A stretch of DNA of 64,000 nt from contig JAPDFW010000004.1 of assembly GCA_028826165.1 (NCBI GenBank), positions 38,350 to 102,349 of the forward strand. The letters are read 5' to 3'. Below are positions 50,409 through 62,960 of this stretch, in pieces (within the stretch, counting starts at the first letter, position 1; every line of letters begins with the position of its first letter). The notes under the pieces are model-generated. The model saw only the letters and a list, made by a program, of their open reading frames with translations. It did no database searches and was not told where the DNA came from. This stretch comes from Anaeramoeba ignava BMAN (lineage: Eukaryota; Protista; Anaeramoebae). The position numbers and the translations under genes are program-made.

Positions 50409-52685
50409 ATGATCAAATTATTTACAATTATTTTGATTATTTTTCTTTTAACAAAACAAATTTCCAATAATTATGAGTTAAAAAAAGTTGGAAATCAATG
50501 GAATCAAAAACAAATTATTTATCCAAATAATCCAGCCAATGATATTGCATTTGGAGTAAGTATTTCAATTTCCAATAATGTTATGGCAATAGGATCTCCA
50601 GGTAATGTTGGAAATTCTCCTCCTGGAAGATCTTATGTATTTGAGAAACAAAATTCTAATTGGATTCAAACAGCTCAACTTCCTAATAATAACAATAAAA
50701 GTGATGATTTATTTGGATTCAGTATTTCAATTTCTCAAGATTCTTCTGTTATTGTTGTTGGTGTCCCTCATGCAAATGTTTCTGGAAATGATAATCAAGG
50801 CAAAGCTTATGTATTTACAAAAAGTGGAAATGAATGGATTCAAACAAAAGAATTAATTGCAAGTGATGGACAAGCTGAAGATCAGTTTGGAAATAGTGTT
50901 TCTATTTCAGAAAGAGTTATTCTGATTGGTTCTCCTTCTGCATCAGTGAACGGAAATTCAGAACAAGGAAAAGTATATGTTTGGGAAGGAAATGATAATG
51001 GAACAATTTGGCAACAAAAACCTACTTTAACAGCAACAAATGGACAAACAAATGATCAATTTGGAGAAAGTTTATCAATTTCAAAAGATTCTTCTCTTAT
51101 TGTAATTAAATCTCAACAATCTAGTTCTCAACAATTCACAGCTCATATTTTTCAATCAAATGAAACATATTGGAATGAAGAAGAGAGTTTTACTGTAAGT
51201 CAAGCCCCAGAGTCTATTGATTGGGGAAGTGAGATTTCAGTTTCTGAAGATGCTTCAACTTTTGTTATGGGTATTCCTGGAAATAATTATAATCAAGGGA
51301 AAGCATATGTTTTTCATTACAATGGTTCTAATTGGAATAATCAAACTATCATTCCAAATAATGCATCAGGTAAATGTTGTTTTGGATTCAGTGTTTCAAT
51401 TTCTCAAAATAATCTACTTATTGGAGATTCTGATGGAAAAACTGCATATTTGTTTCAAAATAATGGAAGTGGATGGAATCAAGAAGAACAATGGTTTCCA
51501 CAAAATCCAGTTGAAGAATTTCAGTTTGGTCAAGCAGTATCAATTTCAGAAGCTATTTCTGCAGTTGGATCTCCTTATTTGACTTATGATGGAATTGAAT
51601 ATGTGGGAGATGTTTACATTTATGAATTTGTTTATGATCAAGTTAATATTTTGAATTGTAGTTCTTTATTTTCTTCATTTGATTGTTATTGGAATGAAAT
51701 TCTTCCAATAACTTATGATATTGAATATCAAATCAATTATACTATTAATAATGAACAATGGGAAACAATTCAATCTCCAATTCTTATTGATAATATTTTC
51801 TTTCAAATTTTCAATTCATCAATTTATCCTAATATTACAGGAAATGTTGATTATACAATTCAAATAAGAGTTTGTAATTCATCATCTCAAATTTGTGGAG
51901 AAAGTTCAGATCCTTTTTCTTTAACAACAAGAATTGATTCAGTTAAGAATTTTACAGTTGAATCATTAACAACAACATCAGTGATGATTTCATGGAATCC
52001 ACCTAATGTTCCTGTAATAAATTCTATTCCAAAATTAGATCATTATCTTCTTTTTTATCAAAAACAAGATTCAAATGAAACTAAGAATGTTTCAATTTCT
52101 AATTCATCAACTTCATATGAATTAACTGAATTAGATTCATTATCAAATTATTCAATTTCAATATGTGGATGTGAAACAGATGAATGTTTAGGAAATTATC
52201 AAGGAGAAATTATTTCAACAACAATTTTGACCAAATTTGGACCTGTTTTAAATCTTCAATGTTCAATTTCCAATTCATTTTATATTTCATGTTATTGGGA
52301 TAAACCAAATGATTCAATTAATCCTTCTTATTATAATTTTACTTATCAAGCAATTTCAGAAAATGATAATGGAAATTTTGATACAAATTTAACTTCTCAA
52401 AATTTTACAGCACAATATTCAAATCAAATTTATCAAATTAATATTTCAGCTTGTGATTCAAATGAAATATGTGGTGATATTTCTTCAATTCAAATTGGAA
52501 ATCAACAAACTTCTTCACAATCATCAAATTCAAAAACAGTTATAATTGTTTGTTCAACAATTATTCCAGTTGTTGTTATTTTTGGAATTATTTTGATGAT
52601 TGTTTTGATAAGGAAAAAAAAGAAAAAAAAGAATAGAGAAGAAGAAATTTCAATGGATTATACAGTTTCGAAAGATGATCAGTGA
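50409..52685 (+). CDS. FG-GAP beta-propeller + FN3 type I membrane protein, copy B (ATG at 50409)
   Basis: Near-identical tandem paralog of 46978-49269; start MIKLFTIILIIFLL matches copy A. Confidence 0.88.
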   Translation: MIKLFTIILIIFLLTKQISNNYELKKVGNQWNQKQIIYPNNPANDIAFGVSISISNNVMAIGSPGNVGNSPPGRSYVFEKQNSNWIQTAQLPNNNNKSDDLFGFSISISQDSSVIVVGVPHANVSGNDNQGKAYVFTKSGNEWIQTKELIASDGQAEDQFGNSVSISERVILIGSPSASVNGNSEQGKVYVWEGNDNGTIWQQKPTLTATNGQTNDQFGESLSISKDSSLIVIKSQQSSSQQFTAHIFQSNETYWNEEESFTVSQAPESIDWGSEISVSEDASTFVMGIPGNNYNQGKAYVFHYNGSNWNNQTIIPNNASGKCCFGFSVSISQNNLLIGDSDGKTAYLFQNNGSGWNQEEQWFPQNPVEEFQFGQAVSISEAISAVGSPYLTYDGIEYVGDVYIYEFVYDQVNILNCSSLFSSFDCYWNEILPITYDIEYQINYTINNEQWETIQSPILIDNIFFQIFNSSIYPNITGNVDYTIQIRVCNSSSQICGESSDPFSLTTRIDSVKNFTVESLTTTSVMISWNPPNVPVINSIPKLDHYLLFYQKQDSNETKNVSISNSSTSYELTELDSLSNYSISICGCETDECLGNYQGEIISTTILTKFGPVLNLQCSISNSFYISCYWDKPNDSINPSYYNFTYQAISENDNGNFDTNLTSQNFTAQYSNQIYQINISACDSNEICGDISSIQIGNQQTSSQSSNSKTVIIVCSTIIPVVVIFGIILMIVLIRKKKKKKNREEEISMDYTVSKDDQ

Positions 52686-52899
52686 AGTATTTAGGAAATT
52701 AAAATTTAGCTCTTTTTTTTTTCAAAATTTCATTTCTTCTTTTTAATTCTTCTTAATTCTTCTCAATAAAATTAATTAAAAAATAAATTTAAAAGAAAAT
52801 TAAATCAAATTTTTTTTCCGATTATTTTTTTTTCCGATTATTTTTTTCCTTTTTTAATTTTTAGAAGAATTCATTTTTTTTTCCTGTTTTTTTTTTTAA

Positions 52900-55800
52900 A
52901 TGGAAGCTAAACTAATTTCTTGTCCAATTTGTTTTGAAACTTATTCACAAACAAAAAAACCAATGATAATTTGCAAAGAAGGTCATTCAATTTGTGAATT
53001 ATGTTTAAAAAATATGAATAAATGTCCGTTTTGTAGAATTTCTTTTACAAAATTTAATCGAATTCAAAATCGAGATTTATTAGAAGCTGCAAAACAAAAT
53101 AAAAAAAAATCCAATATTATAAATTCTCCAATTATTCCTCTATCTCAACTTGAAATTGAAAAAGAACCATTTGGATATGGTGGATCAGCTGATATTTATA
53201 AAGCCAAATGGGGATTTAATCAAGTTGTTGTTAAGAAATTCAGAATACAAAATGATCCAAAATTGAAAAAACAATTTGAAAATGAAATTCAATTATCTAT
53301 CAGATTAAATCATTCAAATATTATTCGAATTTATGGAGTTGTTGAATTTCAAAATACTTTTGGGATTTTAATGGAATATGCAGAACAAGGAAATTTATCT
53401 CAAAAAATTCCATATTTAACATTTCAAGAACAAATTGATTATTCTTTACAAATTATTGAAGGAATCAAATATCTTCATAATAATTCAATTATTCATCGTG
53501 ATTTGAAACCTGAAAATATTTTGATTTCAAATAATAAACCAAAAATTACTGATTTTGGAATTTCAAAATTTCATGAACATACAATGAAAAATACAACACC
53601 TGCATTTTCACTAGGTTATTCAGCTCCAGAATTATATCAAGAAGGAAGTGCTTATGATACTTCTTGTGATATTTTCAGTTTATCAATTATATTATTTGAA
53701 ATTTTTACAAAGAAAAAATCTTTTGAAAATGAACATCAAATGGCTATTTTTTATAAAATTTTGCAAGGAAAAAGACCAGAATTTCCAAATGATTTCCCAA
53801 AAGAATTAAGTGAAGGAATAAAAAAAGGATGGAATCAAAATCCAAAAGAAAGATGTTCATTGAATGAATTTATTCAAAAATTAGATGAGATGAAACTAAA
53901 AAGTAATTTATTTTTTATCTTCTTCATTTTCAAAAAAACAAAAAAACAATCAATTTTCTCATTTCAAAATTATATTCACAAACACAATTCAATTCAATTA
54001 AAATCAAATTCAAATTCACAATTAAATTCAGATTCACAATTAAAATTAAATTCAGATTCACAAATAAAATCAGATTCAGATTCAGATTCAGAATTAAAAT
54101 CAGATTCAGATTCAGATTCAGATTCACAATCAAATCCAAATTCAGATTCAGAATTAAAATCAGATTCAGATTCAGATTCAGATTCACAATTAAATTCAAA
54201 TTCAGATTTAGATTCAGATTCAGATTCAGATTTGAAATCAAAAAGAAAATTCAAGAGAGGATCCAAATCAAAATCAAAATTAAAATCAAAAAGAAAATCA
54301 AAATCAAAAAGAAAATCAAAATCAAAAAGAAAATCAAAATCAAAAAGAAAATCAAAATCAAAATCAAAACCAAAATCAAAATTAGCATCAGATTCAGACT
54401 CAGATTTAAAATCATATCAAACAAATCAATATCAAACAAATCAATATAAAACAAATCAATATAAAACAAATCAATATAAAACAAATCAACATAAAACAAA
54501 TAAATATCAAACAAATAAATATAAAACAAATAAATATCAAACAAATCAATATAAAACAAATCAATATAAAACAAATCAATATAAAACAAATCAACATAAA
54601 ACAAATAAATATCAAACAAATTCCAATCAACAGAAAAAAAACATTTCTTTATCCAAGATTTCACATTCCATTCCAAACAGTGATCAAGGTAAAATTGATT
54701 TATTCTAAAACATTTCAATTTTAATTCCAATTCAATTTAAAATCAAAAAATCAAAAAATCAAAAAATCAAAAAATCAAAAAATCAAAATCAAAATTTTCA
54801 AATTATTTGATTCAATTAATTAATTAATTAATTATAATAACAAATTTATTGAATTCGAAAATATTCATTTATTAATTGTTGTTTTTTATTCCATTTTTTT
54901 TGTGATTAAATTCAAAAACCTAAACAAAAATAGTGATAAATCCTCAAATTAATTTAATGAAAAATAAGAACAAAAAAGAAGAAAAAAAAGATAATTCAAT
55001 GAACAATTTACAAAATAATGTTAAACCTGATAAAAAAATCAAAAATGTGAAATATTTCAATGAATCCCCTAATGTAAATAACAAAATTTTAATTTAAAGA
55101 AATTAAAACAAATTCTTGATTAAAAATTCTTGAATTTTTTGATTTTTCATTTTGAAATTATTAGGATTTTGATGTTCGTTTTTTCTTAGTTATTCAATTT
55201 GAAAAATTAATAATATTATTATTTATATTCATTTTATCAATCAAATATTTAAGAAAAAATAACTTATTATTATTTGGATTGAATTCAAAAAAAATAACAA
55301 ATTTTGTTTTTCTCTTTTTTTTTCTTTCAACAAAATTTCAAAATAGTATTTTTTCAAAATTATGTTAATTGGATTTGTTTCTGGAAAAAGTACAATTTTG
55401 GAAAGATATGTTGATGGAACTTTTAGGCAAGTAAATTTGCCAACAATCGGATATGATTTCAAATTCAAATATCTGGAAATTGATGGAAAAAAAATAAAAC
55501 TCTTGATTTGGGATTTACCTCATCAAGGTTTGCAATTTATTTTTGAATAATTCAAAAAACAATTTAAATTTTTTTCTTTTTTCTTTTTTCTTTTATTCTT
55601 TTTTGGATTATTTAGGAGTTATTCATAGGCTGCACAATGCGTAATTAATTAATGAAATTATTTCTTTTATTTCTTTTTCTTGATAATTTAACAATTTAAT
55701 ACTTTTATTATTTGATTATTCCTATTTATAATTCTGAAATTTGTTTTTTGTTTTTTTTATTTAATTCATTTTTAATCATTTGATATTCAAACATAATTTA

Positions 55801-56195
55801 TTTAAAATTAAAATTTAAAAATTTAAAATTAGATTATGCGAGGGAAAATGGATGGATTTTTGATTGTTTATAATATTACTTATTCATATTCTTTTAAAGG
55901 AGTTCCTGAATTTCTTCAGCTTATTGAAAAAAGTGACTTGTCAAATTATCCAAAAATATTAATTGGAAATAAATGTGATTTGGAAAACCAAAGAGAAGTT
56001 TCAAAAGAAAAAGGGAAAGAATTTGCAGATAAAATTGGAATTCCATTTTTTGAAACTTCAGCAAAAGAAAATATTAATATTGATGAAGCTTTTGAGAAAT
56101 TAATAAAAATGATATTGGAAACAAATCCTGAACCAAATTTTCATAAAAGGGAAAAATCGAAAAAGAAAAAAGGATGTGCTTTTGTTTTGAATTAA
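52900..56195 (+). CDS. Probable fusion: RING finger + TKL-type protein kinase + low-complexity linker + Rab-like GTPase; proposed exons 52900-54688, 54934-55073, 55165-55173, 55347-55527, (55616-55640?), 55833-56195
   Basis: RING CPICF...CKEGHSICELC...CPFCR; kinase GYGGSA, VVVK, HRDLKPEN, DFG, APE. Phase-compatible GT-AG exons link the linker to DFD|YFFKIMLIG...PTIGYDF...IWD; the last exon has GNKCD and ETSAK. The junction between G3 and the last exon is not resolved, and an extra in-frame intron may start at 53903. Confidence 0.65.
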
Positions 56196-56259
56196 TTTTG
56201 GAATTCTCATTTTCTTATTAAATAAAAAAGAAAAAAATTTTTTCCGAAATGAAATAATG

Positions 56260-57860
56260 ATTTATTTAATATTTTTAAATAAAATTAATCAAAAAATAAT
56301 TTTAAAAAAGAATTTATTATTAATATTAAATTATTATTATTAAAAATAAAGAAATAAATTTGAAACAAAAATTGAATAAAATTTTTATTTATTTTTATTT
56401 AATTTTTAATAATAATTGAGAAATAATTTATTATTTATTAATAAAATTAAAATTAAGAAATAAATTTTTAAAAATATTTTATTTATTATTTTACTTAATA
56501 TTAAATTAATTTATTATTAAAAATAATGAAATAAATTTGAAACAAAAATTAGATAAAATTTTATTTAATTTTTAATTATAATTAATTTATTATTTTGTAA
56601 TAAAATTAATTAAAAATGATTTTAAAAAGAATTTATTATTAATATTAAATTATTATGATTAAAAATAATGAAATAAATTAATTAAAATATTTTATTTATT
56701 TTTATTTAATTTTTAATTATAATTTATTTAATATTTTGTAATAAAATTAATTAAGAAATAATTTTAAAAAAGAATTTATTATTAATATTAAATTATTATT
56801 ATGATTAAAAATAATGAAATAAATTAATTAAAATATTTTATTTATTATTTTACTTAATTTTTAATTATAATTTATTTAATATTTTGTAATAAAATTAATT
56901 AAGAAATGATTTTAAAAAGAATTTATTATTAATATTAAATTATTATTATTAAAAATAATGAAATAAATTTGAAACAAAAATTGAATAAAAATTTTATTTA
57001 ATTTTTAATAATAATTTATTTATTATTTTGTAATAAAATTAATTAAAAATAATTTTAAAAAAGAATTTATTATTAATATTAAATTATTATTATTAAAAAA
57101 AATGAAATAAATTTGAAACAAAATTTTATTTAAAATTTTATTTAATTTTTAATAATAATTAATTTATTATTTTGCAATAAAATTAATTAAGAAATAATTT
57201 TAAAAAGAATTTATTATTAATATTAAATTATTATTATTAAAAAAAATGAAATAAATTTATTAAAATATTTTATTTATTATTTTACTTAATTTTTAATTTA
57301 TAATTTAATTTATTATTTTTTAAATAAAATTAAAACTAAGAAATAATTTTTAAAAAATAATTTTATTTAATTAATAATTAAATTATTATTATTAAAAATA
57401 ATTGAAAAATAAAAAATTTTAAATTAAAAAATTAAAAATGAAAAAAAATTTTTGAAATATTTTATTTTTATTATTTTTTAATAATAATTAATTTAATATT
57501 TTACAATAAAATTAATTAAGAAATAATTTTAAAAAGAATTTATTATTAATATTAAATTATTATGATTAAAAATAAAGAAATAAATTAATTAAAATATTTT
57601 ATTTATTATTTTATTTAATTTTTAATTATAATTTATTTATTATTTTACAATAAAATTAATTAAGAAATGATTTTAAAAAAGAATTTATTATTAATATTAA
57701 ATTATTATTATTAAAAATAATGAAATAAATTAATTAAAATATTTTATTTATTATTTTATTTAATTTTTAATAATAATTTATTTATTATTTTGTAATAAAA
57801 TTAACTAAGAAATAATTTCAAAAAAGAATTTGTTATTAATATTAAATTATTATTATTAAA
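56260..57860. repeat. Same ~144-bp satellite family, ~11 copies
   Basis: Recurring AATAAAATTAATTAAGAAATAATTTTAAAAAAGAATTTATTATTAATATTAAATT, as in 46300-46825 and 49330-50240. Confidence 0.85.
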
Positions 57861-57974
57861 AAATAAATTTTTTTTTTCATTTTTTTTCTTAGTTAAAAAT
57901 AGTTTTATTTCCATTTAATCCATATAGCCATCATATATTTTTATTATTTTTTTTTATTATTGTATTTATATTCA

Positions 57975-58430
57975 TTTTTCTTGTTTCTTTTTTAGTGTTA
58001 TAACGTCATCCGCGAACATCTACACGTATTCAGTAATTTTATTGATTTCTTGAATTATAAAGTGAGGTATCCAAGCATATATTATCGGGGAAAGTGGATC
58101 TCCTTGGTATATTCCTAGTTCGTTATTATCGTAGGATTTAATTAGAAATTTTTGAGTTTGATTGTGTTGGACATATTTGTCTATGACTGATTTTATTAAT
58201 GTGTGATTAATCGTGCCAAAGCATTTTTTTATATCTAATTGTATAATGTATATATTGTTATGTTTTTTTAGTTCTTTTTGGAGTTCAATCTTAGCAATTC
58301 TTGTGTCGTAGTGTTTTCTAAATCCAAATTGTTTTTTATCTACTTTGTTCTAGGTTGTTTCTAGATTTTTATATATTATTTTCAGGAATATTCTTGGTAA
58401 TGCATGATTTATTGATATTTGTCTAAAAAA
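57975..58430 (-). mobile_element. Decayed non-LTR (LINE-like) reverse transcriptase fragment
   Basis: Minus-strand translation: FRQISINHALPRIFLKII...*..KQFGFRK...IIQLDIK(frameshift)AFGTINH...GIYQGDPLSPIIY...V*MFADDV. RT motifs occur in the right order with two TAG stops. Confidence 0.9.
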
Positions 58431-59379
58431 ATCCTTTTCTTTTATAATGAATTTCCACATTTCCAATTTTTTATTTTCATTTTCAAAAGTAAAATGAATT
58501 AAAATGAGATTGAAAAAAAAATGAGAAGAGATTGATGGAGAAAATGCTAATAATTTCCCTCAAAACTCCATCTTGAACTTCTTGATGGTATCTTTGTCAT
58601 TTTTTTCACATTTCGTGGTTTGGGTAAAGAAGGATGTATAACCTTTCATCATTATTTCCTTCTTCACATGAAATAGATCCAACTTATTAATCATTACGGG
58701 ATATTTTTCTTTCAAAATTTTTAATTTTTTTTCTTAATAAACAACTGAGATTAGATTGAACTCTGTAGATAAAGTTCTATCACAGAGAGAAGTGCATGAT
58801 CGGAATCATTATTCCAATGTGAATATGTAGTATCAAGACCACATCCTAAAGGAGGTAAATGCGAGACTTGATTTTTATCCAAGAAGGTTGTGAGATCTTT
58901 ATCCGAGAGTTTTCTATTTATCCAGAAAGGTGAATTTGAATTTAGATTTTTAATCTTTTCCAAAACCGGTGATTGATGATCTCGAACAAAATCTTTCACT
59001 CATTTTTTTTATTATTGAAGGGGATTTTTAGTCCTTATTTCTTTTTTTAAAAATTTTGATTATGAATCCTTGTTTTGGGTTATAGTTGTGAAAAAATTTA
59101 CAAAAAAAAAGAAATTGTAATGCTGGGGGAATTTTCTTTATTAAGATGTTCCCACCCATTATTATCCAAGAGAAAAATAATTGTTTGATTACTTGCATAA
59201 AATCTGGGCAAGATTTCTTTCTCCTTGTTTGTGTTTTGGGATCTGTCGAAATTTGTTTTTAAATCATGATTTGATTTCAAATTACTTTCTCCTTTTTCAA
59301 TTTTCAATTGATTATCAAAATCTTTGCATAAAGTTTCTGGATCAGGATCTTCATCTGATCCTCAATCAAGATCAGAATT

Positions 59380-59620
59380 TAATTCAATTTAAAATCTGAA
59401 TTCAATTTAAAATCTGAATTTAATTTAAAATCTGAATTCAATTTAAAATCTGAATTTAATTTAAAATCTTAATTCAATTTAAAATCTGAATTCAATTTAA
59501 AATCTGAATTCAATTTAAAATCTGAATTTAATTTAAAATCTTAATTCAATTTAAAATCTGAATTCAATTTAAAATCTGAATTCAATTTAAAATCTGAATT
59601 GAAATTCGAAATCTGAATTC
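59380..59620. repeat. 18-bp tandem repeat (AATTCAATTTAAAATCTG), ~13 copies
   Basis: Direct reading; would encode (SDFKLN)n on the minus strand. Confidence 0.9.
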
Positions 59621-60149
59621 AAATTAAAATCTATTGGGATGTTCTTCTAAAATTTATCGGGATTCCATTTCTTTTTTCATATTCGGTTTCTTCATTGAAG
59701 ACAGATGTGAGTTATGAACACCAATATTCTTCTTATTCGATTAATTGAGTGGAAAAAGTCTCCATATTGATCCTACTCATCAAAAAAAAAAATCATTTAA
59801 ACTTCTATTATATCGCTCAACACATCCATTTTTTCTATTTTATAAAGATCAATCAATTTGTTATAAATCATATTTTCCATGTTGGTTGACTTTTTTTTTT
59901 TAAGATATATATTTGTTGTGGATTTCTAGTTGAGATAATTTTTTCCAATATCTAGTTAAAAAGTTATTATTTGAAAATTTTTCTATTTTTATTAAAAGTA
60001 TATTGTTTTATTCATATTCTAGATTTAAATTTTTTTTCCATTTTTATCATCTTGAAATTCTTTTCAAAGAAAAAAATGAAAAATAATTTTCATTTTGAAA
60101 ATTTTTTGGATTTCAATCTCTAGAAATAATGTATTGAACAAAAATTAAA

Positions 60150-61200
60150 GATAGTTTTTCATGTATTTCTTTATTACAAACGCAGTATAACAAAATATCA
60201 AACATAATTGCTTCTGTTCCAAATCTTGTTGCAGAAACCTGAGATCCTTCAAGATTTATGGTTTCGAATTTTAATAATAACCACGCTTGAAAAGCTTCAT
60301 TTCTATTGATTTCAGAATAAGTGTGTTGAGTTAATTTGAAAATTTATTCTTTTGAATAGATTTAGAAGGAAAAACCGTGATCAAAAAATGAACATAAATC
60401 AGATTTCCGTGATGCTCTAAACATCTTACTTGGAAAAAATATGTATTATTATTATTAATTAAATTTATATAATCCCTTAACAGTTTTGCGAGACCACCAA
60501 ATCTTCCTATCATTGGAATCCAAAAAATCTTTTCATTGTTAGAACATTCTTTTTTTTTTGAGAATTTCTATTAATTTCATTAACAATACAGATTTTTTTC
60601 TTTTTTTGGAGATTTCTCATACCGAAATTACTCTCGGAATCATTTTTCATGTTGGAATATAATTTTTTTCTTTTCCTTTTTTAAAAGATGTATTTGGAAT
60701 CTTTTAGTTTCATCTACTGCAATTGCTCAATATTTTGTATTCTTTAAAACTTCTTATTTTACAAAATCCAATTTCAATGCTGAATCTTTCATAAATTCCT
60801 CCACTGTTTTAGGGTTTAGAGTTTTTGGTTTAAATTTAATCCAAAATTTGTATTTACTTCGAAAATTATTCAAACCATCCCAATATAGCCTTGACACTCT
60901 CAATATCACTCCTTTCGTTATTTAAATATTTTTTTTCCCTTTTCTCATCAAGATAGTTTATTTGGATTGTTTGAGTTAAACTTGGTATTTATCAAATTTT
61001 TGTAATTTTTGAGTTTCTTTTAAGTTAAACAAATTTAAACATAAATGATTTTATAACTATGTTTTGTTTGAAATTATTTGGAGTTATTTTAAATGTACCG
61101 TCTATGGAAATTTGTTCAGCTCTCTATCTATATTGAACAATATAATTGGGTTCGTTCAAATCTTTTATTTTAATTATGAAATGATTTTTTTCATGTGAGA
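60150..61200 (-). mobile_element. Decayed Mutator-like (MULE) transposase remnant
   Basis: Minus-strand RAEQISIDGTFKITPNNFKQ (DGTFK at 61102-61088) matches the MULE first-Asp motif DGTF...P..F.Q. About 800 nt downstream, INRNEAFQAWL (~60310-60280) resembles the TNN..E.F catalytic Glu motif. Many stops and frameshifts in between. Confidence 0.65.
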
Positions 61201-61459
61201 ATTGAATTGAAAATGAAAAAGAAATTATCCTTAATTCCTTTTTATTCTTTTAAAAACGGATTTTATTAACACAATTTTTGAATGAATTTTTTTTTGTGAT
61301 TAAAATTATAAAAAAAAATTTAGAATTGAAACAATTCATAAAATTATAATAATTTTAAAGAAAGAAAAATGAAAAAAAAGTTTTATAAAAAAAAAAGATT
61401 GATTATTTCTTTTAAAAACAAAAAATCCAAAAACAACTTTTTTTTAAAATTAAATTTAA

Positions 61460-62960
61460 AATTGATATAAAATTGATTTAAAATTGATTTAAAATTGATT
61501 TAAAATTGATTTAAAATTGATTTAAAATTGATTTAAAATTGATTTAAAAATAATTTAAAATTGATATAAAATTGATTTAAAATTAATATAAAATTGATTT
61601 AAAATTGATTTAAAATTGATTTAAAATTGATTTAAAATTGATATAAAATTGATTTAAAATTAATTGATTTAAAATTGATTTAAAATTGATTTAAAATTGA
61701 TTTAAAATTGATATAAAATTGATTTAAAATTGATTTAAAATTGATTTAAAATTGATTTAAAATTGATATAAAATTGATTTAAAATTGATTTAAAATTGAT
61801 TTAAAATTGATTTAAAATTGATTTAAAATTGATTTAAAATTGATTTAAAATTGATTTAAAATTGATTTAAAATTGATTTAAAATTGATATAAAATTGATT
61901 TAAAATTGATTTAAAATTGATTTAAAATTGATTTAAAATTGATTTAAAATTGATTTAAAATTGATATAAAATTGATATAAAATTGATTTAAAATTGATTT
62001 AAAATTGATTTAAAATTGATTTAAAATTGATTTAAAATTGATTTAAAATTGATTTAAAATTGATTTAAAATTGATTTAAAATTGATTTAAAATTGATTTA
62101 AAATTGATTTAAAATTGATTTAAAATTGATTTAAAATTGATTTAAAATTGATTTAAAATTGATTTAAAATTGATTTAAAATTGATTTAAAATTGATTTAA
62201 AATTGATTTAAAATTGATTTAAAATTGATTTAAAAATTGATGATTTAAAATTGATTTAAAAATTGATTTAAAATTGATTTAAAATTGATTTAAAATTAAT
62301 AAAATTTAAAAAATAAAATTGATTTAAAATTGATTTAAAATTGATTTAAAATTGATATAAAATTGATTTAAAATTGATTTAAAATTGATTTAAAATTGAT
62401 TAAAAATTGATTTAAAATTGATTTAAAATTGATTTAAAATTGATTTAAAATTGATATAAAATTGATTTAAAATTGATTTAAAATTGATTTAAAATTGATT
62501 TAAAATTGATTTAAAATTGATTTAAAATTGATTTAAAATTGATTTAAAATTGATTTAAAATTGATTTAAAATTGATTTAAAATTAATTAAAATTGATTTA
62601 AAATTGATTTAAAATTGATTTAAAATTAATTTAAAATTGATTTAAAATTGATTTAAAATTGATTTAAAATTGATTTAAAATTAATTGATTTAAAATTGAT
62701 TTAAAATTGATTTAAAATTGATTTAAAATTGATTTAAAATTGATTTAAAATTGATTTAAAATTGATATAAAATTGATTTAAAATTGATATAAAATTGATT
62801 TAAAATTGATTTAAAATTGATTTAAAATTGATTTAAAATTGATTTAAAATTGATTTAAAATTGATATAAAATTGATTTAAAATTGAATTTAAAATTGATA
62901 TAAAATTGATTTAAAATTGATATAAAATTGATATAAAATTGATTTAAAATTGATATAAAA
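61460..62960. repeat. 11-bp satellite (AAAATTGATTT)n, ~1.5 kb, highly homogeneous
   Basis: Direct reading; occasional AAAATTGATAT variant. Lies just 3' of the HSP70 stop. Confidence 0.95.

Noticed and set aside
58020-58352. TAG reassignment (alternative genetic code) suggested by in-frame TAGs in the RT
   Set aside because: The same fragment has a frameshift, and conserved genes show no internal TAG; decay is the simpler explanation.
61460-62960. Telomeric repeat
   Set aside because: Internal position flanked by HSP70 and unique DNA; no G-rich strand.
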